The notes below the pieces were generated by a model, which was not told where the DNA came from, made no database searches, and saw only the letters and a program-made list of their open reading frames with translations. Shown piece after piece: positions 29,678 to 39,103 of a stretch of DNA of 64,000 nucleotides; the stretch's first letter is position 1, and the number at the start of each line of letters is the position of its first letter. A program made the translations under genes and the position numbers. This stretch comes from Flavobacteriales bacterium (lineage in GTDB: Bacteria > Bacteroidota > Bacteroidia > Palsa-965): positions 39,961-103,960 of the forward strand of contig JBEIPA010000019.1 in assembly GCA_040377305.1 (NCBI GenBank), in the 5' to 3' direction.

Positions 29678-30148
29678 CTACGAGTGATGATACTTCTCTC
29701 CTTTGAGGATAGTGAACGAACGGTACAATTGCTCAGTAAAAAAAAGCCGCACCATCTGATGTGTAAATGTCATTGAAGATAAAGAAATCTTCGCGGCAGC
29801 GGCTTTGTAAATCTCTTCTGAAAATCCGAAGGGCCCACCGACAATGAACACAATACTTTTCACTCCGCTATTCTGTTGTTTATTGATCCATTCCGCAAAT
29901 TTCTCAGAAGACATGGAAGCTCCGTTCTCATCGAGAAGAATCATTCGTTCTCCCGTGCCGATCTTGCTCAGAATAAATTTCCCTTCCGCTGTTTTCTGTT
30001 GCTCCTGATTCAATCCTTTAAGGCCGGGAATCACATACTCCTCCATGTTAAAAGTGCAATAATGCTTTAGTCGTTTTTCGAACACCGCAATACCTTCCTT
30101 CGCCCATTCATCGGCTGTTTTGCCGAGGGTTAAAAGCCTGATTTTCAT
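29678..30148 (-). CDS. rlmH: 23S rRNA (pseudouridine1915-N3)-methyltransferase RlmH
   Basis: LLDENG, FIVGGPFGFS, SLSSMTFTHQMVRL, EQLYR, YHH. Confidence 0.96.
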   Translation of the reverse strand: MKIRLLTLGKTADEWAKEGIAVFEKRLKHYCTFNMEEYVIPGLKGLNQEQQKTAEGKFILSKIGTGERMILLDENGASMSSEKFAEWINKQQNSGVKSIVFIVGGPFGFSEEIYKAAAAKISLSSMTFTHQMVRLFFTEQLYRSFTILKGEKYHHS

Positions 30149-30177
30149 ATCCCTTACTCTGTGTACAACGTGTGCAT

Positions 30178-30225
30178 CAAAAGTACCTCTAAATCAGTCA
30201 GAATACTAGGGAATGGCTATTTTTG
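30178..30225. promoter_or_regulatory. Divergent -7 boxes: TACTTTTG (minus, 30178-30185, rlmH) and TATTTTTG (plus, 30218-30225)
   Basis: Exact TAnnTTTG matches in the divergent intergenic region. Confidence 0.5.
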
Positions 30226-30301
30226 AGATACGTACATGGAACTGTATGTCACGTCATTTGGCGCGGTTGTTGTAATACTCTTGCAAATAGAATTTAAGGT
30301 T

Positions 30302-30691
30302 ATGAAAAAGCTGATAGCTGTCCTGTGTTTCGTTATTCCAATGTCGCTTGTAGCTGATATTCCGGATGACGTTGCTGCTGCGATCCGGACGGGTGATGCT
30401 CACAAAGTTGCCGGTTATTTTGCCGACAACGTCGACCTCAAAGTTCTTGAGCAAGAGAATATTTACAGTAAAGCTCAGGCAGAACTCATCCTCGATGATT
30501 TCTTCGTGAAGCATCCTGTAAAAGGATTTACAATCGTTCACAAAAGCGTTCCGAAAAATGATTCTCAGTTTGCAATAGGCACACTGGAAACCACGAACGG
30601 AAAATACCGCGTGCATTACCTGATGAAAACAATCATCGGTAAAACATCTGTGACTCAGTTCCGAATTGAGAATTCGGATGACGAAGAGTAA
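30302..30691 (+). CDS. DUF4783 family exported protein
   Basis: Signal peptide; AIRTGDA...YFADNVDL...YSKAQAELILDDFF...FTIVH...FAIGTL. Confidence 0.8.
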   Translation: MKKLIAVLCFVIPMSLVADIPDDVAAAIRTGDAHKVAGYFADNVDLKVLEQENIYSKAQAELILDDFFVKHPVKGFTIVHKSVPKNDSQFAIGTLETTNGKYRVHYLMKTIIGKTSVTQFRIENSDDEE

Positions 30692-31565
30692 CACCGGCTA
30701 CAAACCCGGAATACCAGACAATGATTTGATCGTAAAGTTTGTTCGCGAAGCGCTGCATGAAGATGTAGGTGCCGGTGATCATACTTCCCTCAGTACTATT
30801 CCTGAGAATGCCATTCAGACAGCCAAATTGCTGGTCAAAGACGATGGTGTATTAGCCGGTGTGGAGCTGGCTAAAATCATTTTTCATGAATTAGATTCAA
30901 ACCTTACTCTGAACGTTAGTTTAAACGACGGCGATCACGTAAAGAAGGGTGACATTGCATTCACAGTTACAGGTCCTGCCCGTTCGATAACAATTGGTGA
31001 ACGACTTGTGCTTAATTGCATGCAACGCATGAGCGGAATTGCCACACGTACATGGATGATGGTTCAGCTTGTGAAAGGGTTGCCGGCGAAAATTGTCGAC
31101 ACGCGCAAAACAACTCCCCTTTTCCGCTACTTTGAAAAATGGGCAGTACGTATAGGAGGTGGTCACAACCACCGTTATGCATTGTACGACATGATTCTTA
31201 TCAAAGACAATCATGTGGATTACGCGGGCGGTACAATTGCAGCGATCAATGCTGCGAGAAAGTACCGCGAAGAGAAAAAACTCGATGTAAAAATTGAAAT
31301 CGAAGTCCGCAATTTCAAAGAGCTCGATGAAGTTTTGAATCACGGTGGAATTGATCGGCTCATGCTCGATAATTTCTCCACCGCAGATCTGCGCATGGCT
31401 GTTGAGAAAATTAACAAGCGATTTATCACAGAAGCCTCGGGCGGAATTACACCTGAAACCGTGCGCGCTTATGCAGAAACCGGTGTTGATGAAATTTCCG
31501 TTGGTGCGTTAACGCATAGCATAAAAAGTCTCGACCTTAGCCTCAAAGCTGTTCAAAGTGCTTAG
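30678..31565 (+). CDS. nadC: Nicotinate-nucleotide diphosphorylase (quinolinate phosphoribosyltransferase)
   Basis: ERLVLNCMQRMSGIAT, DTRKTTP, NHRYALYDMILIKDNH, MLDNF, EASGG, ISVGALTH. Confidence 0.97.
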   Translation: MTKSNTGYKPGIPDNDLIVKFVREALHEDVGAGDHTSLSTIPENAIQTAKLLVKDDGVLAGVELAKIIFHELDSNLTLNVSLNDGDHVKKGDIAFTVTGPARSITIGERLVLNCMQRMSGIATRTWMMVQLVKGLPAKIVDTRKTTPLFRYFEKWAVRIGGGHNHRYALYDMILIKDNHVDYAGGTIAAINAARKYREEKKLDVKIEIEVRNFKELDEVLNHGGIDRLMLDNFSTADLRMAVEKINKRFITEASGGITPETVRAYAETGVDEISVGALTHSIKSLDLSLKAVQSA

Positions 31566-32553
31566 AAAACTACTCCGGAAGTTGATTCGCCTGTCGATGT
31601 TGAGAAACTTCGTAGCCTTTTCGCATAAGATCACTATGCCGGGCTTCGAAGGTCACTCGCTTTTCGAAGTATTTACTTTTTTCTACCGGGGACTTTTCAA
31701 AGGACAGTTACAGTCGCGCGCTTCTTCAATGGCATTCAGTTTCTTTCTCGCCGTATTCCCTTCGATCATTTTTCTCTTTACAATGATCCCATATATTCCC
31801 ATCGATAACTTTGAGTACGCTTTGCTGGAGGTTATCCATGAACTGCTTCCTGAAAATATGTTTCTCTCACTTCAGGATACGATAGCAGAAATTACCAGTC
31901 GCCCTAGCGGTGGCTTGCTTTCATTTGGATTTATTGCAGCACTCTATTTTTCCAAGAACGGTCTCGTTGCTATGATGAATGCGTTCAACACTTCCATTCA
32001 TGTGCGGGAACACAGGCCAGTCTGGAAACAGCAACTAATCGCGTCCGCACTTGTAATTGTCCTATCCGTCGTAATTTTCTTTGGACTCTTTCTGATGATA
32101 GGATCGGAATATGTACTCTCCAAAATGGTTGCCAAGGAGGGTGCCGAGCGATTCTGGATTCAACTTGGAAAATGGGTGGTGCTGGCTGGACTTTTTCTGG
32201 TAATCATCGGCACATTCTATCGTTTCGGGCCGGCGCGTCGCCGTCATCGTATTTTCTTTAGTCCCGGCGTATTGCTTGCTGCTGTTCTGACCATTTCAAC
32301 TTCATCTATTTTTTCATGGTACGTAAACAATTTCGGGAATTACAACACGATCTACGGTTCCCTTGGAACTATAATGGTTGTGATGCTGTGGATTTACTTT
32401 AATTCCATTATGTTGCTGGTGGGTTTTGAATTAGACGCAGGTATTGATTCCGCAAGGGAGAAGAAACGAAGTCTGCTTCACCAGGAAGCGGTTGAACAGG
32501 CAATTGTAGAAGCGGCTGAGGAAGAGAAGGAAAAAGCGGTCAGAGAAGCTTAG
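31558..32553 (+). CDS. YihY/virulence factor BrkB family membrane protein
   Basis: RASSMAFSFFLAVFP, YVNNFGNYNTIYGSLG, MLWIY, GFELDA. Confidence 0.92.
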   Translation: MLRKLLRKLIRLSMLRNFVAFSHKITMPGFEGHSLFEVFTFFYRGLFKGQLQSRASSMAFSFFLAVFPSIIFLFTMIPYIPIDNFEYALLEVIHELLPENMFLSLQDTIAEITSRPSGGLLSFGFIAALYFSKNGLVAMMNAFNTSIHVREHRPVWKQQLIASALVIVLSVVIFFGLFLMIGSEYVLSKMVAKEGAERFWIQLGKWVVLAGLFLVIIGTFYRFGPARRRHRIFFSPGVLLAAVLTISTSSIFSWYVNNFGNYNTIYGSLGTIMVVMLWIYFNSIMLLVGFELDAGIDSAREKKRSLLHQEAVEQAIVEAAEEEKEKAVREA

Positions 32554-32689
32554 CTTCGCTGTTCTAAGTTCTGTATCCTCAGTTTAGGGCACAAAATATC
32601 GTCTTCTCCGTGTGGTCTGTAGTATTGACCGTTCATCCTGACCTCCTGAACTACATACCTGTTACCGGGAACTTAGAACCTAGAACCGT

Positions 32690-32697
32690 TATATTTG
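32690..32697 (+). promoter_or_regulatory. -7 promoter box TATATTTG for the M1 peptidase gene
   Basis: Exact TAnnTTTG match 18 nt upstream of ATG 32716. Confidence 0.55.
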
Positions 32698-32715
32698 CCA
32701 ATAACACACCATGCT

Positions 32716-35700
32716 ATGCGCCTTCTCTTTTCTGCTGTTTTAACACTCGCCATTTTCACGGGTGCTTTCGCTCAGTACAACGACATTCCATACCGCTCCA
32801 GAAATAACGCGATGTATTGGAAAAATCATCCGCCTTACCTCGGCTATTGGCAACAGGATGTGTACTACAAACTGAAAGCTAACGTTGACGATGCAACCGA
32901 TATCATCGACGGCACCGAAGAGTTGATCTACTGGAACAACTCTCCGGATACGCTCACCTTTGTGTATTTCCACCTCTATCAGAATGCGTTTCAGCCGGGT
33001 TCCTATACCGATGATCTGCATAAGAATAACAAATATCCAATTGTGTATGGTAAGTATGAACAACAGGGATTAGGAACAACGGTTGAGAACATCATGGTTG
33101 ATGGGCAACCTGCGAAATTCGAAATCGACAATACGGTGATGAAAGTTTGGTTGCAGAAACCGCTTCGTCCGGGATTTGCCACGAAGATCTCTATGAATTT
33201 CAAAACGTATTTTGATAATGGAGGAAGTATTCGTCGTCGAATGAAAATGTACACACAGTTCGGAAACAAACATTACGATGGTGTACACTGGTATCCCCGC
33301 ATTGCAGTTTACGATCGCAAATTCGGATGGGAAACTGATCAGCATTTAACGCGTGAATTTTATGGCGACTTCGGTGTGTTCGATGTAGAACTTACGTTTC
33401 CGAATAACTACATCTGCGACGCTACCGGTGTAATGACCAACGAGCAGGAAATGTTGCCGCCCGCTTTGCGACAACAATTGGACATCTCCAATTTCGCAAA
33501 GAAGCCCTGGGAGTCTGCCCCGTCTGAAATTATTAAGAGAGACGGCACCACAAAAACCTGGAAATTTCATGCAGAGAACGTTCATGATTTCGCATGGACT
33601 GCAGATCCTCTTTATCGCATTGGCGAAGTTTCGTGGAATGGAATTCGATGTATTGCCTTGTGCGCTGAACAACATTGTTCCGGATGGCAAGACGCAGCTG
33701 CATTCACCGCTAAAGTGATTGAAGTTTATTCGACTGATTTCGGAATGTACATCTATCCGAAAATGATCGTTGCAGACGCACGCGATGGAATGGAATATCC
33801 GATGCTCACGCTTGATGGTGGTCGTGCTCCGGATTATTACGACTTGATTGCTCACGAAGTTGGTCACAACTGGTTCTTCGGCATGGTGGGAAGTAACGAA
33901 ACGTATCGTGCACTACTCGACGAAGGTTTCACGCAGTTCCTCACCACATGGTCGTACGAGAAAATCAAAGGCGACACGAAAATTCGCTGGCAATACAAGA
34001 GTGATTACGCTGAGAAATTCCGCGAACCCGAAGAAACACGCATGGGCGAAGCTTACAACGGATACATTTACCCTGCTGCAACGCAAGATGAAACTGTGAT
34101 CGACAACCACTCCGATCATTTCGGTGGAGCATTACGTCATGGTGGAGGTTACGGGCAGGTGTACTCGAAAACTGCGACGATGTTGTTCAATCTGCAATAT
34201 GTCCTCGGGGATTCACTTTTCCTTGGTGCAATGAAAAACTATTTTAACCAGTGGAAAGTTTGTCACCCGTATGTGGAAGACTTCCGTAATTCAGTAATTC
34301 AATACACGCATGTCGATCTGAATTGGTTTTTCGATCAGTGGCTCACAACTTCGGAAACCATCGACTACAAAGTTGGTTGCGTAAGCAAAGGCGATTCAAC
34401 CGGCACGTATGACATCACGTTCAAACGCAAAGGCAAAATGCAGATGCCGATTGACTTCACAGTTTACGGCAACGATGGAAAAGCAACCAACTATTACATT
34501 CCAAATACCTGGTTTGAGAAAGAAACCGATGCAACCATTCTTCCGCGCTGGATCGGCTGGGACAATGTGCAGAAAGAATACACGGCAACTGTTGTATGTC
34601 CTTCGGGAATCAAAGATGTTGTTATTGATACAACCTATCGTTTGGCCGATGTAAATCTGCTTAACAACAGTAAGAAGGCTCCGATAACAGTTGGTTTCGA
34701 CTCGAAGATTTACAATCCGCCAACCTGGAAAGAATACCGTATGCTTGCTCGTCCGGATGTTTGGTACAATGGTTACGATGGGATTAAAGCAGGATTTTAC
34801 CTCGGTGGTGTGTATATGAACGGCTTTCACAAGTTTGATCTTGCCGGACATTTCAACACCGGTGCATTGCAGTCGCAATTACCTTCTGATGCTCCTATCA
34901 ACGAGTTCGATCAATTTGATATTGCGTTCTCGTATCAAACACCAACGAACAAGCTCGTGAAGAATTCTGCAATTGCAGTTACAGCGCGCCACCTCGACGG
35001 ATTAGATCTCGCAGCAGGAACATTTGAAGTGTGGGATAAGAAACAGCGTAATCGTTTCTGGGCACAGTACAAAATGATGTATCGCGCAGACACTTCAGAT
35101 CTCACCTATCTTGTGAATCCGGAAGAGTGGCAGGTTGGAAAGTTCAACAACTTTGTGACATTTGGTTACGATCATCCTTACACCTACATGAAAGGAAAAG
35201 GAGTTGGAAGCATCGGTTTGCAGTTGCGTTCAACCGCACTGGGTAGTGATTACAACTACCAGTTCTTCCAGATGAATGTCGTAAACCGAAACGATCTCGG
35301 AAAGATCAACATCAACACGCGCACGTTCTTCCAGATTGGTGGCGGTAATAATTGGGCTGATGAATCGATGTTGTATGTTTCAGGAGCGAATCCTGAACAG
35401 TTGATGGAAAACAAATACACACGTTCCATTGGTTTATTCCCGACTGATTGGGGCGGATACGGCAACAACATCAATCATTTCCATGCAGGTGGTGGATTGA
35501 ACTTACGTGGGTATGCTGGTTATCTCGCACCTCAACTTGATTGGTATGAAGACATTCGCACAACATACAAAGGAACAACCGGCTACGCATTCAATATGGA
35601 AGTTGAATTCCACGAGTTGTTCCGTTTCATTGGAAGAGCAATGCCAAAAGTGAGCAGCGTTATTGGATTTCAAACGTATGCATTTGGAGACGTTGGCTCA

Positions 35701-35919
35701 ATCAACTTCAACTACACGAATGAATCACTTGCAATGAGCGACATCCGGATGGATGCAGGACTTGGTTGCGCGTTAACGATTAAACGTTTCCCGCCACTGC
35801 AAACATGCAAGCCGTTAACGATTCGTTTCGATGTTCCTTTGTTCATCAACAAAGCACCGTACACCTCTCCGGAGAATGTGGCATTCAGGTGGGTGATTGG
35901 GATAAATCGGGCATTCTAG
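32716..35919 (+). CDS. M1 family metallopeptidase with a C-terminal Omp85/BamA-like beta-barrel region
   Basis: Signal peptide; DGMEYP, HEVGH-x18-E (LLDEG); C-terminal FHAGGGLNLRGY, FGDVG, RMDAGLG, terminal Phe. Confidence 0.88.
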   Translation: MRLLFSAVLTLAIFTGAFAQYNDIPYRSRNNAMYWKNHPPYLGYWQQDVYYKLKANVDDATDIIDGTEELIYWNNSPDTLTFVYFHLYQNAFQPGSYTDDLHKNNKYPIVYGKYEQQGLGTTVENIMVDGQPAKFEIDNTVMKVWLQKPLRPGFATKISMNFKTYFDNGGSIRRRMKMYTQFGNKHYDGVHWYPRIAVYDRKFGWETDQHLTREFYGDFGVFDVELTFPNNYICDATGVMTNEQEMLPPALRQQLDISNFAKKPWESAPSEIIKRDGTTKTWKFHAENVHDFAWTADPLYRIGEVSWNGIRCIALCAEQHCSGWQDAAAFTAKVIEVYSTDFGMYIYPKMIVADARDGMEYPMLTLDGGRAPDYYDLIAHEVGHNWFFGMVGSNETYRALLDEGFTQFLTTWSYEKIKGDTKIRWQYKSDYAEKFREPEETRMGEAYNGYIYPAATQDETVIDNHSDHFGGALRHGGGYGQVYSKTATMLFNLQYVLGDSLFLGAMKNYFNQWKVCHPYVEDFRNSVIQYTHVDLNWFFDQWLTTSETIDYKVGCVSKGDSTGTYDITFKRKGKMQMPIDFTVYGNDGKATNYYIPNTWFEKETDATILPRWIGWDNVQKEYTATVVCPSGIKDVVIDTTYRLADVNLLNNSKKAPITVGFDSKIYNPPTWKEYRMLARPDVWYNGYDGIKAGFYLGGVYMNGFHKFDLAGHFNTGALQSQLPSDAPINEFDQFDIAFSYQTPTNKLVKNSAIAVTARHLDGLDLAAGTFEVWDKKQRNRFWAQYKMMYRADTSDLTYLVNPEEWQVGKFNNFVTFGYDHPYTYMKGKGVGSIGLQLRSTALGSDYNYQFFQMNVVNRNDLGKININTRTFFQIGGGNNWADESMLYVSGANPEQLMENKYTRSIGLFPTDWGGYGNNINHFHAGGGLNLRGYAGYLAPQLDWYEDIRTTYKGTTGYAFNMEVEFHELFRFIGRAMPKVSSVIGFQTYAFGDVGSINFNYTNESLAMSDIRMDAGLGCALTIKRFPPLQTCKPLTIRFDVPLFINKAPYTSPENVAFRWVIGINRAF

Positions 35920-35933
35920 CGCCAGTGGCGCTG

Positions 35934-36025
35934 CTTTACCACGGCGACACGGCGAGCACGGCTTTTTATTTTTTACGAATAGGAAATCAACTTTTCGCCG
36001 TGCTCGCCGTGACGCCGTGGTGAAG
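35934..36025. repeat. Nonamer (CACGGCGA) tandem-inverted hairpin between convergent genes; may act as a terminator
   Basis: Arms 35934-35962 and 35997-36025 are near-perfect reverse complements around an AT-rich loop. Confidence 0.85.
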
Positions 36026-36062
36026 TCGCTCTGAAGGAGCACCTAATAAGCAGGCTTGTGTG

Positions 36063-37388
36063 TTACTTCAATGAGTCAAGTATGTTAACGAGCTGACTAG
36101 TGAGAGCCTTCCTTGAATACTGCTCCACGCCCAACGAATTCACTTCCAGATTTCCTGCTTTGTACTTCGCATAGAAATCTTTCACCTGCGAATACACGAG
36201 TTCATCATCGTTGTAACCGGCAATAGTTCCTGCGTTTGCTTTGATGAGAATTTCTGCTGCGTCACCATCAACCGGACCTACAGCTAGAATCGGACGTTTC
36301 GCAGACATATACTCAAAGAATTTCCCGGTGAGAATTCCTTTCGCAGTGCGCGTGTTGTTGAGCACAAGCAAAAGCAATCGCGATTGCTGTTGCACTTTAA
36401 CTACTTCGTGATGCGGAATGTAAGGAATGAGTTTGAGAGAATCGCCTAATCCAAAACTGCGAACAGAATCGGCAACAGAGGCATCGACTTTTCCTACGAG
36501 CTTGATCTCGAGATCACTTTTGAAATCAGGAATCTCCAACGAAAGTCGTTTCAACGCTTTCCACAATACTTCCGGATTACGTGCGTGTGACATCGTGCCA
36601 AGATGTGCAATCGAAAATTTCTTGTCGACTTCTATCGGTCCTTTGTACACATCGCTCTCGTCGTATCCGTTTGTGATGATCTTAAACTTCGAAAGATCAG
36701 TTGATGATTTGTAATCTTTCATCATCTGAATGAATTCCTCGTTCATTGTTTTGCCCACGGACAAAACAACGTTCGCATTCTCTAATACCTGTCGTTCCAG
36801 TTTGCGGTGTTTTCCATCGGCCCATGAAGTCAGTTTCAGATCATCGTAGAAATCAAGATTCGTCCACGGATCACGAAAATCGGCAACCCAGGGAATGAAA
36901 CCCTCCCGATGAAGTTGCATGGCGATTAAATGCATGCTGTGTGGTGGACCGGAAGACACAATTGCATCGACCGGATTCTCTGCAAGAAAGTCGCGCAAAT
37001 AACGGACTGAAGGTTTGATCCAGAATTTCCTCGGATCGGGAATCATGAAATTGCCGCGTACCCAAACTCCAAAAGATTGTTTCATGGAAACTTTCTTCTT
37101 GTCCGTGTGAAATGCAGGATTGATCTTGTCCGTTTTCTTCGCACCTGTGAATTTTCGATAGAGATCGTATGGCTCCCAGATTTCTGTTCGAACAACTTCT
37201 ACTCCATCCGGCACATCTTTCATCAACGATTCATCTTCATCGGGACTCTCCGGATTCATGGGCGTGTACACAATAGGTTCCCAACCGAATGCGCGCAGGT
37301 ACTTCACAAATTTGAGCCAACGTTGTACACCTGCACCACCAGAAGGAGGCCAGTAGTACGTGATGATGAGGACTTTTTTCAGGCTCAT
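36063..37388 (-). CDS. Glycosyltransferase family 4
   Basis: ITYYWPPSGGAGVQRWLKF, SGPPHSMH, ADFRDPW, ITNGYD, GKFFEY. Confidence 0.93.
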   Translation of the reverse strand: MSLKKVLIITYYWPPSGGAGVQRWLKFVKYLRAFGWEPIVYTPMNPESPDEDESLMKDVPDGVEVVRTEIWEPYDLYRKFTGAKKTDKINPAFHTDKKKVSMKQSFGVWVRGNFMIPDPRKFWIKPSVRYLRDFLAENPVDAIVSSGPPHSMHLIAMQLHREGFIPWVADFRDPWTNLDFYDDLKLTSWADGKHRKLERQVLENANVVLSVGKTMNEEFIQMMKDYKSSTDLSKFKIITNGYDESDVYKGPIEVDKKFSIAHLGTMSHARNPEVLWKALKRLSLEIPDFKSDLEIKLVGKVDASVADSVRSFGLGDSLKLIPYIPHHEVVKVQQQSRLLLLVLNNTRTAKGILTGKFFEYMSAKRPILAVGPVDGDAAEILIKANAGTIAGYNDDELVYSQVKDFYAKYKAGNLEVNSLGVEQYSRKALTSQLVNILDSLK

Positions 37389-37447
37389 GATTTACTCATA
37401 TGGTTTTTATCTTCATTGATGGAATTCGTGAACCCTGACTACGAGAG

Positions 37448-38899
37448 TCAGGGTTTCTTCGCGGTGAATTTAACGAGTACCTGTTTCATTTCGCGGAAGT
37501 AGATTGCAGAGATGAGCACAAACGTAACTACTGCAAGACCTCCATACCACATCCAATCGAATTTGTCGAGATAATTCCAGAGCACCAGGCACAACGCGAT
37601 AAACATTACAGGCAGCACAATCATCTTGAATGGATTGAACGAGAACCTGAAGTAGCTGCGAACAACAAGATAGAGGAACAAAGCCTGAAGTCCTTTCACA
37701 ATAATGCTCGCCCATACAACGCCATCGAGGTAATAATTGTTCGCAAGCCAAACCGTAAGCGGAATCTGAATGGCAGCCGATAATCCGAATGCAATGGGCA
37801 GCAGTTTTGTTTTCTTGAGATAAAGAATGGGTGATAAAAAATAATAGTACAAGCCTCGAAAGGCGAATCCACTTGCGAGCGCACCCATGAAAACAAATGA
37901 TTCGTAGTATTCTGTGTTCGATACAACGAGCGGAATCAATAGAGGAACAATGAACGTGAACCCGGCAATGCCCAATACGCTGATCGCCGTAAACACACTG
38001 AAATAACGATTCGTTTCGGATGTTGATTCATTCTTTCCACTGTCTTTCCACATCGTAAACACAACAGGGTTCACAGCGCCCATCAATCCATTCTGCAGAA
38101 GATCGACCAACAGTGTACAACGAACTGCGAAATCGAAGAGACCTACTTTCGCTTCATCCATTGAAGAGTTGATGATGAGTTTGTCGATATTCGCTACGAT
38201 CCAAACGAGAATGAGATAAATCAGAAACGGCGCACAAAACTTGTGTAGTCCTTTTATCTCTTTGAAATTAAATGAGATTCCGTAATTGCGCGCCAGAAAC
38301 CACAACGACATTGCGAAAATACCAACACCGGAAAGTAAACGTCCATACATTGGTCCGGTAAGATCTCCGGGGAACATGTACAATCCACCGAGAGAGATCG
38401 CAATCGTTAGAAAGAAATTGGCAAGGCTAAACCACATGAATTTGCCCGCCTCTTGCCTGAACACCATGAGGTTAGTTGCTGCTTTGAAAAATCCATTGAA
38501 GAATCCTGTGGCAACCGACATTAATCCCCAGGGATAAAAATTCAGATTGCCTTCTGTGTTGTATGTATTATCGAATACGGGTTGCCCCACAATCGCAGCA
38601 AGCGGAATAATTACAGCACCCAACGTCAACAACAATCCTGTCACCGCACCAATCATTTTTCGCGCTGCCACCGGATCATTCTTCACATCGATGTAATGCA
38701 CACCTAAATAATAATCCAGCGAGTACGTGGTAAGCACTTGCATGATGAGACTAAATCCAACATACAGCATGAGCACGCCATACATTCCCATGCTCAGCAT
38801 GTCGGTATAAAACGGCAACAAAACCAGTCCCGACGCCATAGGCATAGCACCACCGATGGTGTAGACGAGAGATGATTTGAAGAAGCCTTTTGAAATCAC
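37448..38899 (-). CDS. Polysaccharide flippase (Wzx/MOP family)
   Basis: 12-14 TM; SLVYTIGG...LLPFYT...YG; IDKLII...VGLF; GTG 38899 preferred. Confidence 0.85.
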   Translation of the reverse strand: MISKGFFKSSLVYTIGGAMPMASGLVLLPFYTDMLSMGMYGVLMLYVGFSLIMQVLTTYSLDYYLGVHYIDVKNDPVAARKMIGAVTGLLLTLGAVIIPLAAIVGQPVFDNTYNTEGNLNFYPWGLMSVATGFFNGFFKAATNLMVFRQEAGKFMWFSLANFFLTIAISLGGLYMFPGDLTGPMYGRLLSGVGIFAMSLWFLARNYGISFNFKEIKGLHKFCAPFLIYLILVWIVANIDKLIINSSMDEAKVGLFDFAVRCTLLVDLLQNGLMGAVNPVVFTMWKDSGKNESTSETNRYFSVFTAISVLGIAGFTFIVPLLIPLVVSNTEYYESFVFMGALASGFAFRGLYYYFLSPILYLKKTKLLPIAFGLSAAIQIPLTVWLANNYYLDGVVWASIIVKGLQALFLYLVVRSYFRFSFNPFKMIVLPVMFIALCLVLWNYLDKFDWMWYGGLAVVTFVLISAIYFREMKQVLVKFTAKKP

Positions 38900-39103
38900 A
38901 GATTTGTACCTGTACCAAAGTTGCTGAATACAAGCGTGCATAGGTACCCTCTCACGTATGGTTATTCACATAAAAAAGCTTAAATCTCATGCAAATCGCT
39001 TCCGAAAAAGGCTGTTGCTAATTGAATTCCCGCATTTGCAGGTCAATAATACGCTCCCGTCAATTGACCGGCCCACCATGCACTTTTAGTATTAAATTGC
39101 AGT

